DNA of 64,000 nt. It comes from Octopus sinensis. Its lineage: Eukaryota. Positions 26,186-37,516 of this stretch are shown here, piece by piece. A program made the position numbers and the translations under genes. Location: assembly GCF_006345805.1 (NCBI RefSeq), contig NC_043003.1, positions 17,174,001 through 17,238,000 on the forward strand, in the 5' to 3' direction. Numbering within the stretch: the first letter of the stretch is position 1; the number at the start of each line of letters is the position of its first letter. The notes beneath the pieces were generated by a model that had not been told where the DNA came from, did not search any database, and was given only the letters and a program-made list of their open reading frames with translations.

Positions 26186-27290
26186 ATAACTGCACTCTGC
26201 TTGGGACTTACGGTTTTCGCCCAACAGTTTCGGTTCTCAGTTGCATCTATTTTACACTTCATTAAAAAGTCATACACCTATAATCTCCCTCAGTCCCGCA
26301 CCAGATATAGAAAGTAAAGTGCCTGTGCAAGAAATCCTTGTTTCTTATAACTAGAACATATCTTGTTACTTTCACAAAAGAGAATTAGACCGAGAAAACC
26401 TGCGTGACTTAGTTCAGGCTACCTCTATAAAAGGTAACAAACTTTGAATTAGGTAAGAAAAACGAGAAGGCCTTAAACACACGCACACATTAATTTGTTG
26501 GAATTGGGAATGTAGCACAGAAAGGTAATCAGCCCATATTTGCGAGGGGGTTCCCTCATCCATCATAGCTGTTGCCTGTAGCAGCGCGGGGACGGCGTGG
26601 GGGGAGCGCAGATTCGTTATCTGTTTATTTACAAAATAATATAGTCTTATGAATTGTTGTTTCGTATTTAGTAAGAATGTAAAAGGACGAACGGTTACTT
26701 ATTTTAAAAATGGAATTAAAGCAAAACAAAAATCGTTAAAATCAATTTGGGTTTAAAAAAAAGCACAGATTCCTGGAAACTTCAATAAATATATTCCATT
26801 GTAACAATTTTTTATTATCAAAAACACCCCACAACATATTACCTTATATCTGGCTGAAGTCTGTAAGTGTTACATCTTTCGTGGGGAAGGGGTAGTGACA
26901 GGTTAAACTAGAAGTATTCTATCTTCCTCACATATACAGTATGGCTGCTGATAAACAGTAAAGTCGGTATCAAATATCAGTTAGAAAAAGGATATAGCAG
27001 TAAACAAGTTATTAATCTACTTACCACACGCCAGGAACACACATTGAAACAGTTTATTCGTGAATCATGTATCTATTTAGTTTATCCTAAATAAGGCAAA
27101 CATTTTTTTCTTTGCGTTTTCCCTTTCTTTTTTAACTGACACAAAATTTCATGGAAACGGATCCATAAAAAAATAAAAACTAGATCCAGTTTTTAATATT
27201 ACCTTTAAGTCAGTGTCATCCTTGGAATACATAATTTTCTAGCGCCATCCTACATTGCTTTTATTCTGTTGATATAATTTACAAGTTGTA

Positions 27291-27522
27291 AGGCGGTGAG
27301 GTGGCAGAATCGTTAGCACGCCGGGCGAAATGCTTAGAGGCATTTCGTCTGCCGCTACGCTCTAAGTTCAAATTCCGCCGAGGTCGACTTTGCCTTTCAT
27401 CCTTTCGGGGTCAATTAAATAAGTACCAGTTACGCACTAGGGTCGATATAATCGACTTAATCCGTTTGTCTGTCCTTGTTTGTCCTCTCTGTGTTTCGCC
27501 ACTTGTGGGTAGTAAAGAAATA
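27291..27522 (+). mobile_element. Family-A SINE (long tail)
   Basis: Imperfect 19-bp TSD gatataatttacaagttgt (27271-27289) / gatatagtttacaacttgt (27523-27541). Confidence 0.9.
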
Positions 27523-27541
27523 GATATAGTTTACAACTTGT

Positions 27542-27873
27542 GAAGGCGCATGACTCAGTGGTTAGAGCGACGAGCTTACGATCGTGAGGTTGTGAGTTCG
27601 AATCCCGGGCCGGTCTGCGTGTTGTGTTCTTGAGCAAGACACTTTATTTCACGTTGCTCCAGTTCACTCAGCTGTAGAAATGAGTTGTGACGTCACAGGT
27701 TCCAAGCTGTACCGGCCTTTGCCTTTCCCTTGGATAACATCGGTGGCGTAGAGAGGGGAGGCCGTTACGCATGGGTGACTGCTGGTCTTCCATAAACAAC
27801 CTTGCCTGGACTTGTGCCTGGGAGGGTAACTTTCTAGGTGCAATCCCATGGTCAGTCATGACCGAAGGGGGTT
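27542..27873 (+). mobile_element. SINE: H1' head plus T3 tail
   Basis: gaaggcgcatgactcagtggttagagc...gagttcgaatccc...agaaatgagt|tgtgacgtcac...catgaccgaagggggt. Confidence 0.9.
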
Positions 27874-28170
27874 TCAATAATTTACAACTGGATATTTATT
27901 ATATTAATCAAGGTGGCGTGCCGGTAGAACCGTTAACACGCCGGAAAATATACTTAGCAGCATTTCTGCCGGTTGCTTACGTTCTAAGTTCGAATCCCAC
28001 CGAGGACAATTTGACTGGTACTCTACGATAAAGTAGAGTACCAGTCAAACACTGTGGTCGATATAATCAGCTTGTATCCTGCCCACAAAAGTGCTGGCCT
28101 TGAACTCTGCAAGGGGCTGGCGTCCACTTCAGGAGGCCGGTTGTGACGTCGGCCACTAATACACCGTGAA

Positions 28171-28474
28171 GGAGGCGCAATGGCCCAGTGGTTAGGGTAG
28201 CGGACTCGCGGTAGGAAGATCGCGGTTTCGATTCCCAGACCGGGCGTTGTGTGTGTTTATTGAGCAAAAACACCTAAAAGCTTCACGAGGCTCCGGCAGG
28301 GGGTGGTGGCGACCCCTGTTGTACTCTTTCTCTCACTCTCTCTTCCTGTTTCTTGAGTAACGCTGCGATGGACTGGCGTCCCGTCCAGCTGGGGGGAACA
28401 CATACGCTATAGAAACCGGGAAACCGGATCCATGAGCCTGGCTAGGCTTGAAAAGGGCGACTTTATCGACGTTT
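28171..28474 (+). mobile_element. Chimeric SINE: H2 head plus T1 tail, with perfect 14-bp TSD
   Basis: TSD taatacaccgtgaa at 28157-28170 and 28475-28488; junction ttcctgtttc|ttgagt|aacgctgcg. Confidence 0.92.
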
Positions 28475-29133
28475 TAATACACCGTGAAACTGATTTTATG
28501 AGTCTCGGGGATCAAGGCAAAAAGAAACTATTTATCAAAAAATAAAATTTATGAAAAATACTGGTTCTGAAAATTGAAGCTAAGTAATTTTGAAGTTAGC
28601 GAGATTTCTAACTAACTGAAGATTTGCAAGAACTCAGTAGTCTGCTCTGCTAGCGGAGCCGTTGGCAAAATAAAACGCAAAAATTCAAAAGCGTAAAAAT
28701 CTGCAAAATTTCAACAGATGGATGAGCATATTTAATTACTGCCTTGCACAATCACAGTTTAGTAAATTAATGTTGTAAGAAGTACGACCTCACTAACATA
28801 TTTTCAAGGTAATTTCTATTGGAAAACATATGAATCTAATCGTGGAACGCGGTTTTTAAGCATATAAACTGTGAACTAAATCGAGCTAAATGAGGAAACA
28901 TTCTTTAAAACATTCCAAAGTTATACAGACAAACATACATACATACATGTCTGTCTGTCTGTCTGTTTACATGTATGTATGTATGTATGTATGTATCTGT
29001 ATATATATATTATGCATATGTGAAAAGTGTATGCGTATGTGTGTAACTGTGTTGGTAGAAACTATGCAGACACAATATAAACACGCAAGTATATATAGGT
29101 ATACATACATACTTATATATATGAATATAGCTA

Positions 29134-29201
29134 GGTAAGTAGAGAGACAGACAGATAGATAAGTAGACAAACAGACAGTTAGATAGATAGATGGATAGAT
29201 G

Positions 29202-29232
<31 letters not shown>

Positions 29233-29303
29233 GGATAGGCAGATGGATGGATAGATAGATGGATAGATAGACAGATAGATGGATAGGCAGATGGATGGAT
29301 GGC

Positions 29304-29346
<43 letters not shown>

Positions 29347-29364
29347 GTGGATAATTGGATAGAC

Positions 29365-29418
<54 letters not shown>

Positions 29419-29436
29419 GTGGATAATTGGATAGAC

Positions 29437-29492
<56 letters not shown>

Positions 29493-29520
29493 GTGTAGAT
29501 AGATAGGCAGAGGGATAGAC
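29134..29520. repeat. (GATA)n/(GGAT) tetranucleotide array with higher-order duplications
   Basis: The interruptions ggtggataattggatagacag and atggataggcagatggatggat each occur twice. Confidence 0.95.
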
Positions 29521-29689
29521 AGAAAACCATAAACTTATAAGGGTGCTCTCGCATATGACGAAGAAACATCTTAAAGATCCGTTTTTTGTTTTTCTATTAA
29601 TATAAAGTAATCAGAATAGAGACAGGGCTTAATGTATTCACAATCTCTTTCGTGTCTGTGAGATGAATGTAGTTAGCATTCAGCACCAG

Positions 29690-29960
29690 AACTGGTGAGT
29701 CAGTCTTGTAGGAACACGTAAATGGGAAGAAATTTCCTGAAAGCAATTATTTTTGAAAGGGGAAGGACTACGCGAAGTGCTAAAAGCGAGAGCGGGACCT
29801 GAGGGATGATCAAGAGTGTGACGAGAGAATGTCAAACGTGTGGGACAAATGGAGAGGTTATGTAGCCTGTGTCGAGAGAATATACAATTAGCTAGTTCAG
29901 AGAATTGCAGGCAGGTCGTTGTTATGGTGATAGAAAAGGTTGTGAGATCCTTGTAAGTCA
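29690..29960 (-). mobile_element. CR1/L2-like LINE ORF2 C-terminal remnant
   Basis: Minus-strand translation contains FSELANCI...TRLTFSRHTL...FQEISSHL, matching recalled C-termini of invertebrate CR1/L2 (Crack-type) ORF2. Confidence 0.6.
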
Positions 29961-30344
29961 CTACGAGCCAGAAGTTGTAGTGAGTTGACGATTTGAGATA
30001 TTCGGAAGAGGTTTAGAATATTTGTGTGCAAGAACCAAAAGCACCATCTTATTACATACTATTTCGGTTATGTTTTTATATCATATTTTTTCCGTCACAT
30101 TTTTATGCATATGAGACACTGATACATAACAACAAAAAAAATTAACAAACAGAAAAAGAATACATGTTGGGAGTAGTTCCTTGTAAAGTTAGATGTACTG
30201 GAATCTCTTGAATCACTTATCAGTGGACCCATGCCCTTGGAAAGTTTGGTGAAAACAATGTTGTATCCCTTGACAAAAGTAATGTGTTCAATCATATACA
30301 GCATACATAAAACCCTACCTTCATATGTTTATTACTCTGCTGGC

Positions 30345-30530
30345 AAAAATTAGTAGTACCTGTATTTCAAAAGAGTCAGCCTTGTCACACTCTGTGTCAC
30401 GCTGAATCTCCCTGAGAACAACGTTAAGGACACACGAGTCTGTGGAGTGCTCAGCCACTTGCACTCGTAGAGTAAGCTATTCCGTTGATCGGATCAACTG
30501 GAACCCTCGTCGTCTTAACCGACAGAGTGA
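30345..30530 (+). mobile_element. 5'-truncated SINE: end of H1 plus T2 tail
   Basis: ctgctggcaaaaattagt|agtacctgtatttcaaaag...ccctcgtcgtcttaaccgac. Confidence 0.8.
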
Positions 30531-30759
30531 CAAGCGTATAGACTGTCTCATATTGGAGTTCCTTGTCAGATTGCACCTAGCAGGAAACACTTTGATTCAC
30601 ACTTTGTCAATGCTTCAAAGATTGGTTTTTATCTCCAGATTTTTTCTCTGAAATTAATGACCTACTTGCTGTAATTTCTTATAACATTCACTCCTAAGCT
30701 TATGATGCCATTCTTTATGATTATTTAAAAAAACTTCTCCCTCCTGTGCACATAGGACA

Positions 30760-31095
30760 TAGGTCAACCACATCCAACCAAGTCATGTCACGCCAAACCT
30801 GGATCACCATAAAATATCTTCCTGTAGAGTTTTAACAATATTGTATCTTTCAAAAACACATTGACACATAATTCCTGCACATATCAAATCTACAAACCTT
30901 TACCACAACTTGGGATTTAAACGGCTCAGTACCTCTAAGATGGTGCTGATGCTTGCGCTCCAATATTCTAGGCCTCATCCAAAAGAATGTATTCTGTCTG
31001 ATTTGCAAATACTCACATACCAAAGTATTGTTTCCCATATGTTCTTTTACAATTACAATGGCATTTGTTTTTCGAAACTAGAGAACTGTATCTAA
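30760..31095 (+). mobile_element. Possible degenerate CR1/L2-like ORF2 remnant
   Basis: IVSHMFFYNYNGICFSKLENCI resembles the recalled (V)ASLSLFYRYY.G.CSSELANC motif; the match is weak. Confidence 0.35.
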
Positions 31096-32030
31096 TCTCT
31101 ACACAAGTCAGTTCTTCACTTCATTGTACACTCTGTCCATCTGTCTGCCAACTCTCTCTCTCTCTCTCTCAGACCCTAGATTAAACACTTCACCCCAACC
31201 CTCTGGAATTTCTTGTTCTGCAGATGTCTACCAACAATAGTTCATATTCAATATAAATCACATTGCGTTCATCAGTTTTAAGGGACATCTAAAGGTCTCC
31301 GGTATATCACTACCTTCTGACTAAGCCATTATAAAGTCATAAATAAGCATGGTTTTCTCCCAATAAGACCAATTGGAATCTAATAATGTATATAATATAT
31401 ATATGCGTATTTATATGTATACTTGGGCACAGGACGTCACTAACAGTAAATAATATGAAACACAAAAATAAACGAGTTAAATACGCAAACAACGAGAGAA
31501 AAAATGGAAAACAAGACAAGTATTAAAAAGAATATAAAGAACGACACTCCATCAGTTGTCGGCTGTCCATCCAACCGCACCACATCGAGCAATCAACGAC
31601 AACATGAGTTCTCGAAGACAGTTGCCCCCACAAATACCAAAACAAAACCTTGGATCTACTTGCCTACTCTGAAGTATGAGTAGTGCTCATACTCAAACTC
31701 GGCAATAATTAGTACAATTATGATGTACCAAACTAGAGGCTATCGTTTTAATCCGTGTAAACACGATTACGTGTAATTAAATGTTTCAGGCGGGAGAGAT
31801 TTGCTTTTAGCCTTTTACCTTATAATTGACCACTTTTGCCAGAAAATAGGTAGAGTCAATTAGATCTGTGCTGGAGGTAAAACTGAATTCGGTGAATATT
31901 ATAAAGCAATGTTTCTGAATCTTTTGTGGCTCAACGTCCCCTGTCACCAAAAGGACTTTTACTAACTTTGTACAAAAAAAAGAAAAAACAGTAGACTGCT
32001 CTAATCAAAAATAGGCTAATTTTTTTTACA

Positions 32031-32437
32031 AGTGGGTGTGTGCTAAGTAGCTTGCTTACCAACCACATGGTTCCGGGTTCAGTCCCACTGAGTGGCACCT
32101 TGGGCAAGTGTCTTCTACTATAGCCTAGGGCCACCAAAGCCTTGTGAGTGGATTCGGTAGAGGGAAACTGAAAGAAGTCCGTCGTATATATGTATATATA
32201 TATATATGTGTGTGTGTGTGTAAATGTTTATGTGTCTGTGTTTGTCCCTCCAACATCGCTTGACAACCGATGTTGGTGTGTTTACGTCCCCATAACTTAG
32301 CGGTTCGGCAAAAGATACCCGATAGAATAAGTACTAGGCATACAAAAATAAGTCCTGGGGTCGATTTGCTCGACTAAAGGCGGTGCTCCAGCATGGCCGC
32401 AGTCAAGTGACTGAAACAAGTAAAAGAGTAAAAGAGT
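32031..32437 (+). mobile_element. Family-B SINE (tRNA head, ccttgggcaagtg core, internal TA/TG tract, gtaaaaga tail)
   Basis: gtagcttgcttaccaaccacatggttccgggttcagtccc...ccttgggcaagtgtcttctactatagcc...gactgaaacaagtaaaagagtaaaagag. Confidence 0.92.
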
Positions 32438-33519
32438 AACCACATTTTCATATAGCCCCCCGTCCAGCATTTGTATCTTTATATATTTGCGGGAACTAGG
32501 GCCCCCATATTATCACTTTTTTTTTGTATGGAAATTACTAAGAAAAGGACGTATGCAATTATATTATAATGGGCTTGGCGCATATTCAATCTTGTTTCCG
32601 TTCACTGATAACACACTGTCTTACCTGAATTCTAATCTCGGCAAAGAGGTTTTGAAAATATGTTTAAAATATAAGTCATTGTACCTGGTTTAAATATCTC
32701 ATTTCTCAGAAAAATCATGACTCATCTAAATAACCAACGTCCTTAGTACCCCCTTAGCGTTTACTGCTTCCTTGTAAACTCACAACGTTCCCAAGGGGAT
32801 ACTAGCTCTCAGGGTAAAAAAAACCACTTTTGTATAGCATCTGGATTAGCCATGCATTGTGTTTATATATTCATACGAAATACCAAAAATCACACCTATT
32901 TTAGAATCGTGGAATCATGTCCTGCATCTGTGATGTAATGTAAAGGCAGCTCCGAGATTCTAGGTCATAACCCGGCAACCAGGAGCAGAGTATTTTGTTT
33001 ATTCAGTCATTTAAAGTATAAATGGAATTCGTTTATGTAAACAGACTTTCGTAAACAGTTTAATTTGGTTGAACGCCATAAAAAAAAAGTAAAAACAAAA
33101 CAAATTAACACTAATTTAAATTACCACATCTGCCATTCTGCTCTCGCTACTTAGAATCGCAGCATGTGCCATTATTTTCCAACCCCAAATTGCTTTTCTG
33201 TATTTATTTTTCACGGGTTATCTTTTCTTTTTTCGACTGTACAAATAGCTAAATATTTAAAATCTAACATGAATCTTCTTAAATAATCTTCCTAACGTTC
33301 CATCGACGATCTTTATTATAGAGTTTAACGAACAAAAACATATAAAGCTATTCACAAAACACCCCACAATTAGTGACTTTAAAACTGTGCTTATTTTCTC
33401 ATTTAAACATCGTGAAATATCATTGCTGGTTAGTGATATTCAATTAGAAATGTAAAGAGACTAAATTGAGTTATGTCATATATAAGTATACATACATACA
33501 TACATACATATATAAATAT

Positions 33520-33556
<37 letters not shown>

Positions 33557-33570
33557 ATATATATATATAA

Positions 33571-33805
33571 ATATTAGGGAATAAATCCAAACTTACAGGG
33601 AAAAATCAGATTTAGGATTGAATCCAATTTTATAGTAAAATATTATATTATATTAAATTAGAGACAAAACCACTATTAGGCAAATCATACAATGAAAAAC
33701 TTAAGCCAATACATAAGATTATTTAATTTATATTATTTAAATATATATCAAAATTATTAAAAAAATATAATTAATATATCACTACGATCGTTTCATGGCT
33801 GTTAA
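33571..33805. mobile_element. (TA)n-associated non-autonomous element
   Basis: Begins after (TA)n; shares tattaggga..tccaaacttacagggaaaaat and aaattagaga.aaaacc.ctatta with 58436-58727; ends actacgatcgtttcatgg. Confidence 0.65.
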
Positions 33806-34212
33806 TTTCTTTATATGTATGTGTGTGTGTATGTATACATATATGAATATATGTGTATATATTGCATAAATATGTATATATATATATAATGTAAATATAT
33901 ATTATGTATACATAAATGTGTGTATGTGTATATTATGATTTTATTTAGGTACAGCTATAATAATGACCCGTTGTTAGAATTCAGTGTATTTATTCCTTGA
34001 GTAAACAGTGAAGAGAGTACAGAGCGTAATATCAGTTAATGTATGACAAAAGAGCAGGTGCTGCGTACTCACCTCCATTACTTCACAGCTACTAGAAGCA
34101 GCGCATTCAGAGCTGAGAACTCGTGCGACATTCTGCAGATTCCTCAGAGTCCGTTGAATATAAGTGTGTGTGTGTGTGTTTACATATGTAAATATATATT
34201 TATGTAAGCATG

Positions 34213-34259
<47 letters not shown>

Positions 34260-34260
34260 T

Positions 34261-34590
34261 GTGAGGGCGCGTGGCTTAGTGGTTAGGGCATTCGGTTCAT
34301 GATCGTAAGGTTGTGAGTTCGATTCCCGGCGACGCGTTGTGTCCTTGAGCAAGACACTTTATTTCACGTTGCTCCAGTCCACTCAGCTGGCAAAAATGAG
34401 TTGTACTTGTATTTCAAAAGGTCAGCCTTGTCACTCTCTGTGTCACGCTGATTATCCCCGAGAACTACGTTAAGGGTACACGTGTCTGTGGAATGCTCAG
34501 CCATTTGCACGTTAATTTCACGAGCAAGCTGTTCCGTTGATCGTATCAGCTGGGACCCTCGTCGTCGTAACCGGCGGAGTCTTTAGAAAG
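34261..34590 (+). mobile_element. Chimeric SINE: H1 head plus T2 tail
   Basis: ...ctcagctggcaaaaatgagt|tgtacttgtatttcaaaagg...cgtcgtcgtaaccggcggag; low-complexity TSD atatatatatattg (34248-34261 / 34592-34605). Confidence 0.9.
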
Positions 34591-34783
34591 AATATATATA
34601 TATTGACGTATACTATTTAACGATGTATCTGTTTTAATAATGGCACATAGATTTATATAACACACACACATGTAAGCACAAACACACACAGATATGTACG
34701 CACAAATACACATATGTAAATATAATACACACAGAGATAATGACAGGGGTAGTTGTGTATTTTCAAACTGTATAATAGTATTA

Positions 34784-35057
34784 GAGGAGGCACATGGCCT
34801 AGTGGTTAGAGCAGCGGACTCGCGGTCGAGAGATCACGGGTTCGAATCTCAGACCGGGCAATGTGTGTGTGTTTATGAGCGAAACACCTAAGCTCCACGC
34901 GGTTCCGGCAGAAGGTAATGGCGAACTTCTGCTGACTCTTTCGCCACAACTTTCTCTCACTCTTTCCTCCTGCATCTTGCAGTTCACCTGCGATGGATCG
35001 GCGTCCCCGTCCAGGTGGGGAACCTATACGTCAAAGAAACCGGGAAACCGGCCTTTA
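34784..35057 (+). mobile_element. SINE: H2' head plus 3'-shortened T1' tail
   Basis: gaggaggcacatggcctagtggttagagcagcggactcgcgg...gaaaccggcc; atagtatta on both flanks. Confidence 0.9.
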
Positions 35058-35214
35058 TAGTATTACGTGCACAGTAATTCTTCAAATAAACTAAAAGAAG
35101 GAAATTGATTTTAGATGGAGTAAATGCTTAATATATCATTTATAGTTCCAGCTTACATGTGATGTGTAAGATTTGTGCCTGGTATTATTTTCGCAACGCT
35201 TATTTCACATATGT

Positions 35215-35442
35215 ATGTTTGTGTGTATGTGTTTGTGTGTCTGTGTTTGTCCCCTTCCCAACATCGCTTGACAACCGATGCTGGTGTGTTTACGTCCCCG
35301 TAACTTAGCGGTTCGGCAAAAGAAACCGATAGAATAAGTACTAGGCTTACAAAGAATAAATCCTGGGGTCGATTTGCTCGACTAAAGACGGTGCTCCAGC
35401 ATGGCCACAGTCAAATGACTGAAACAAGTAAAAGAGTAAAAG
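35215..35442 (+). mobile_element. Family-B SINE, 3' half
   Basis: caacatcgcttgacaaccgatgctggtgtg...gaaacaagtaaaagag. Confidence 0.88.
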
Positions 35443-35522
35443 AATATATATATATATATCTATGTGTTTGTAGACATATATATATATATATATATATACA
35501 GACACTCATATATATGCATATA

Positions 35523-35572
<50 letters not shown>

Positions 35573-35917
35573 TAATGGAGCAACGCAATATAATCATATT
35601 CTTCTCCAATATAAACATCAGCTTGAGGAGATTCACTTCTCTCTCAGGAAGTTATATAGTCAAACCATAACAGAATCTAATGATTAACATTCATTCCAGT
35701 ACACTGACGATATGATATCTCTGGAATCACTCAAATGCCAGGAAACACTTCCATGAACAGTAAAACGATACTCCGTATACCATGTTGACGATATATCTCA
35801 CCATTACCAAGCATATTTCAACACATGTTTAAAACAACAGGATCTAACTTTACTGAAGACGTATAAACTTCAACCTTTCACTTGTTTCGGTCATTGAACT
35901 GCGACTAAATTTTGCTT

Positions 35918-36015
35918 TGTATGTATGTATGTATGTATGTATGTATGTATGTATGTATGTATGTATGTATATATGTATGTATGTATGTATGTATGCATGT
36001 ATGTATGTATGTATG

Positions 36016-36049
<34 letters not shown>

Positions 36050-36116
36050 TGTATGCATGTATGTATGTATGTATGTATGTATGTATGTATGTATGTATGT
36101 ATGTATGTATGTATGT
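35918..36116. repeat. (TATG)n tetranucleotide array
   Basis: Direct reading; source of the MYVC/YIHT ORFs. Confidence 0.97.
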
Positions 36117-36248
36117 GCATGCGCACGCGTGTGTATGGTATCCGCCATAAAATTTCAGCAGTCATTTTTTAGTTGCCATCACTGGCATTTTAAAACACGG
36201 AATGTCATATCATCTAAGTATTATTCTATATTGCATAATATATAATAT

Positions 36249-36659
36249 ATAGGCGCAGGAGTGGCTGTGTGGCAAGTAGCTTGCTTACCAACCACATGGT
36301 TCTAGGTTCAGTCCCACTGCGTGGCACCTTGGGCAAGTGTCTTCTACTATAGCCTCGGGTCGACCAAAGCCTTGTGAGTGGATTTGGTAGACGGAAACTG
36401 AAAGAAGCCCGTCGTATATATGTATGTGTATATATATATGTATGTGTGTGTATATGTTTGTGTGTCTATGTTTGTCCCCCCAGCTTGACAACCGATGCTG
36501 GTGTGTTTACGTCCCTGTAACTTAGGGGTTCGGCAAAAGAGACCGATAGAATAAGTACTAGGCTTACAAAGAACAAGCCATGGGGTCGATCTGCTCGACT
36601 AAAGGCGGTGCTCCAGCATGGCCGCAGTCAAATGACTGAAACAAGTAAAAGAGTAAAGA
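36249..36659 (+). mobile_element. Full-length family-B SINE
   Basis: ataggcgcaggagtggctgtgtgg...gtaaaagagtaaaga. Confidence 0.93.
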
Positions 36660-36730
36660 TATTAAATACTATAAGTGAACTCTGCTTAGGAACAGGAGAA
36701 AGTTGTCCACAATTGAAAGTTATCGATAAT

Positions 36731-37050
36731 ATCCATCCATCTTTCAGCCCACCATTCCTGGGTGGGTCCTGTGGAGGAGGTGCCCTATGGAGGGTACTTC
36801 CTCCATTGGGTCCTGAAAGAAGAAACCATCATTATACTTTCCGGCTGGATTCCTAAGCGAGACCCACTGAAAGTATGGATAATATCCAACCATATCGCTC
36901 TTAGCCGGCCCCTAGGTCTTCTATCGGTTGGCTCGTCTTGCGGTTCTTTTCTAAAACATTCCATTCCATGTCCGTTGAGCTGTGATCTCTCAATGCAGAG
37001 AAATAATGGCTCGACCTGGAGAGACTCACTAATATCAGAGCTACGCACCC
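36731..37050 (-). mobile_element. RTE-clade LINE 3' end remnant
   Basis: ORF RSSDISESLQVEPLFLCIERSQL...RRPRGRLRAIWLD...RLGIQPE matches the recalled RTE ORF C-terminus (VEPLLLxIERSQLRW..RRPRGRPRxRW); short (GGAT) tail at 36731-36741. Confidence 0.8.
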
Positions 37051-37283
37051 TGTCGTTTAAAAATATTGTAATATTGAAAAAAGTTCTGTTGAAAATTATA
37101 CTGAAATTCCAAATTTCATGAAAACCTTTCAGCTCTTAAAACTGTAGATTTTTCTCCAGGTCTGTTCTAGAAAGACGTTCAGCAGCGAAATCAGGAAAGT
37201 TCCACTTCAGTGATAAACTATTAAATACCATTTACCATTTTTATTTTAAATGATAAAATGAATGGTATTGATTATTAAGCAAT

Positions 37284-37516
37284 AAGGCGACGAGCTGGCA
37301 GAAACGTTAGCACGCCGGGCGAAATGCTCAGCAGTATTTCGTCTGTCGTTACGTTCTGGATTCAAATTCCGCCGAGAGCGACTTTGCCTTTTATCCTTTC
37401 GGGGTCGATTGAATAAGTACCATTTACGCACTGGGGTCGATATAATCGACTTAATCCGTTTGTCTGTCCTTGTTTGTCCCTTCTGTGTTTAGCCCCTTGT
37501 ATTTAGTAAAGAAATA
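37284..37516 (+). mobile_element. Family-A SINE with 20-bp TSD
   Basis: TSD ggtattgattattaagcaat at 37264-37283 and 37517-37536. Confidence 0.95.

Noticed and set aside
27542-27615. tRNA-like cloverleaf heads with A/B boxes
   Set aside because: Each continues into a SINE body and tail, lacks a proper acceptor stem and often has a TSD; SINE heads, not tRNA genes.
31420-31660. Possible hammerhead ribozyme in a (TA)-adjacent repeat fragment
   Set aside because: The minus strand has CTGATGG rather than CTGATGA and no properly placed GAAA; no intact core.
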